64,000 nt of DNA. Origin: Squalus acanthias. Taxonomy: Eukaryota. Made by a program: the position numbers and the translations under genes. The notes beneath the pieces are model-generated. The model was given only the letters and a program-made list of their open reading frames with translations. It did not search any database and was not told the DNA's origin. Positions 63,063 to 64,000 of the stretch are shown here, piece after piece; the first letter of the stretch is position 1, and the number at the start of each line of letters is the position of its first letter. The stretch covers positions 62,126,001 through 62,190,000 of the forward strand of contig CM059432.1 in assembly GCA_030390025.1 (NCBI GenBank), in the 5' to 3' direction.

Positions 63063-64000
63063 AGTCGTAATGGCACAGAAGGAGGCCATTCAGCCCATCG
63101 AGTCCGTGCTGGCTCTCTGTAGAGCAATCCAGTCAGTCCCATTCCCCCGCTCTATCCCCGTAGCCCTGCAAGTTTATTTCCCTCAAGTGCCTATCCAGTC
63201 TCCCCTTGAAAACATTGAGTGTGTCCGCTTCCACCACTTCCGTCGGCAGTGAGTTCCAGGTCCTCACCACTCGCTGCGTAAAAATGTTTTTCCTCACATC
63301 CCCCCCTCCCCCCCCCGGAAATCTCTTGCCCAAAACCTTGAATCTGTGTCCCCTAGTCCTTGTACCATCAACTAGTGGGAACAGCCTTTCCCCGTCTAGC
63401 CTATCCAAACTCGTCATAATCTTGTACACCTCTATCAAATCACCCTTCAACCTCCTTTGCTCTAATGAAAACAAATCCAGCTTCTCCAACCTGTCCTTGT
63501 AGCTAAGATCCCCCATTCCCCAGAACAATTCTGGTAAATCTCCTCTGCACCCTCTCGAGGTCCTTCACATCCTTCCTAAAGTGTGGTGACCAGAACTGGA
63601 CGCAATACTCCAGTTGTGGCCTAACCAGCGCTTTGTAAAGGTTCAGCATAACTTCTCTACCTTTGTACGCAATACCTCTATTTATGAAGTCCAAGATCCC
63701 ATATGCTTTGCTATCCACTCTCTCAATATGTCCCGCCACCTTCAGGGACCTATGCACATTAACTCCCAGGTCCCTCTGTCCCTGCACACTCTTTAAAACT
63801 GTGCCATTAAGTGTATATTGCCTCTCCCTGTTCCTTCTGCCAAAATGCATCACCTCACACTTCTCTGTATTAAATTGCATCTGCCACTTGTCTGCCCATT
63901 CTGCTAGCCTTTCTATGTCCTGTTGCAGTCAATTGGTATCGTCCTCACTGTTTGCCACACCCCCAAGTTTGGTGTCATCGGCAAATTTAGAAATTCTACT
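63063..64000 (-). mobile_element. CR1 3' portion, running off the window end
   Basis: ORFs 63133..63528 and 63503..63880 (RPQLEYCVQFWSP). KFADDTKLG at the window edge. Confidence 0.92.

Overview
Eukaryotic genomic DNA from a cartilaginous fish, most likely a shark. The assignment rests on an HE1-type V-SINE, abundant HER1/CR1-type LINEs, LF-SINE copies and a DeuSINE (SacSINE1/AmnSINE1-like) fragment. The only host coding sequence I can recognise is one 220-bp internal exon of SPIDR (5662-5881, + strand); everything else appears to be intron. Roughly half of the window is transposon-derived. It holds many CR1 copies (one nearly full length, with an esterase ORF1 and EN/RT ORF2), a second LINE family, L2 remnants, SINEs, a hAT remnant and a pogo/Tigger-like MITE. 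It also holds about ten GC/CpG-rich non-autonomous DNA elements of 0.6-1.1 kb that share a short GG-starting terminal inverted repeat and 3-bp AT-rich target duplications (PIF/Harbinger-like MITEs). These MITEs carry internal hairpins with mirrored changes, CRE/TATA-like motifs and consensus splice sites, and they nest in each other and in young LINEs. Other notable points are a CR1 with a doubled 3' end whose inner copy has clustered A-to-G changes, two independent CR1 insertions sharing one RT nonsense codon, and intron-like signals in a CR1 5'UTR. Repeat family names come from recalled consensus motifs, not from database searches.
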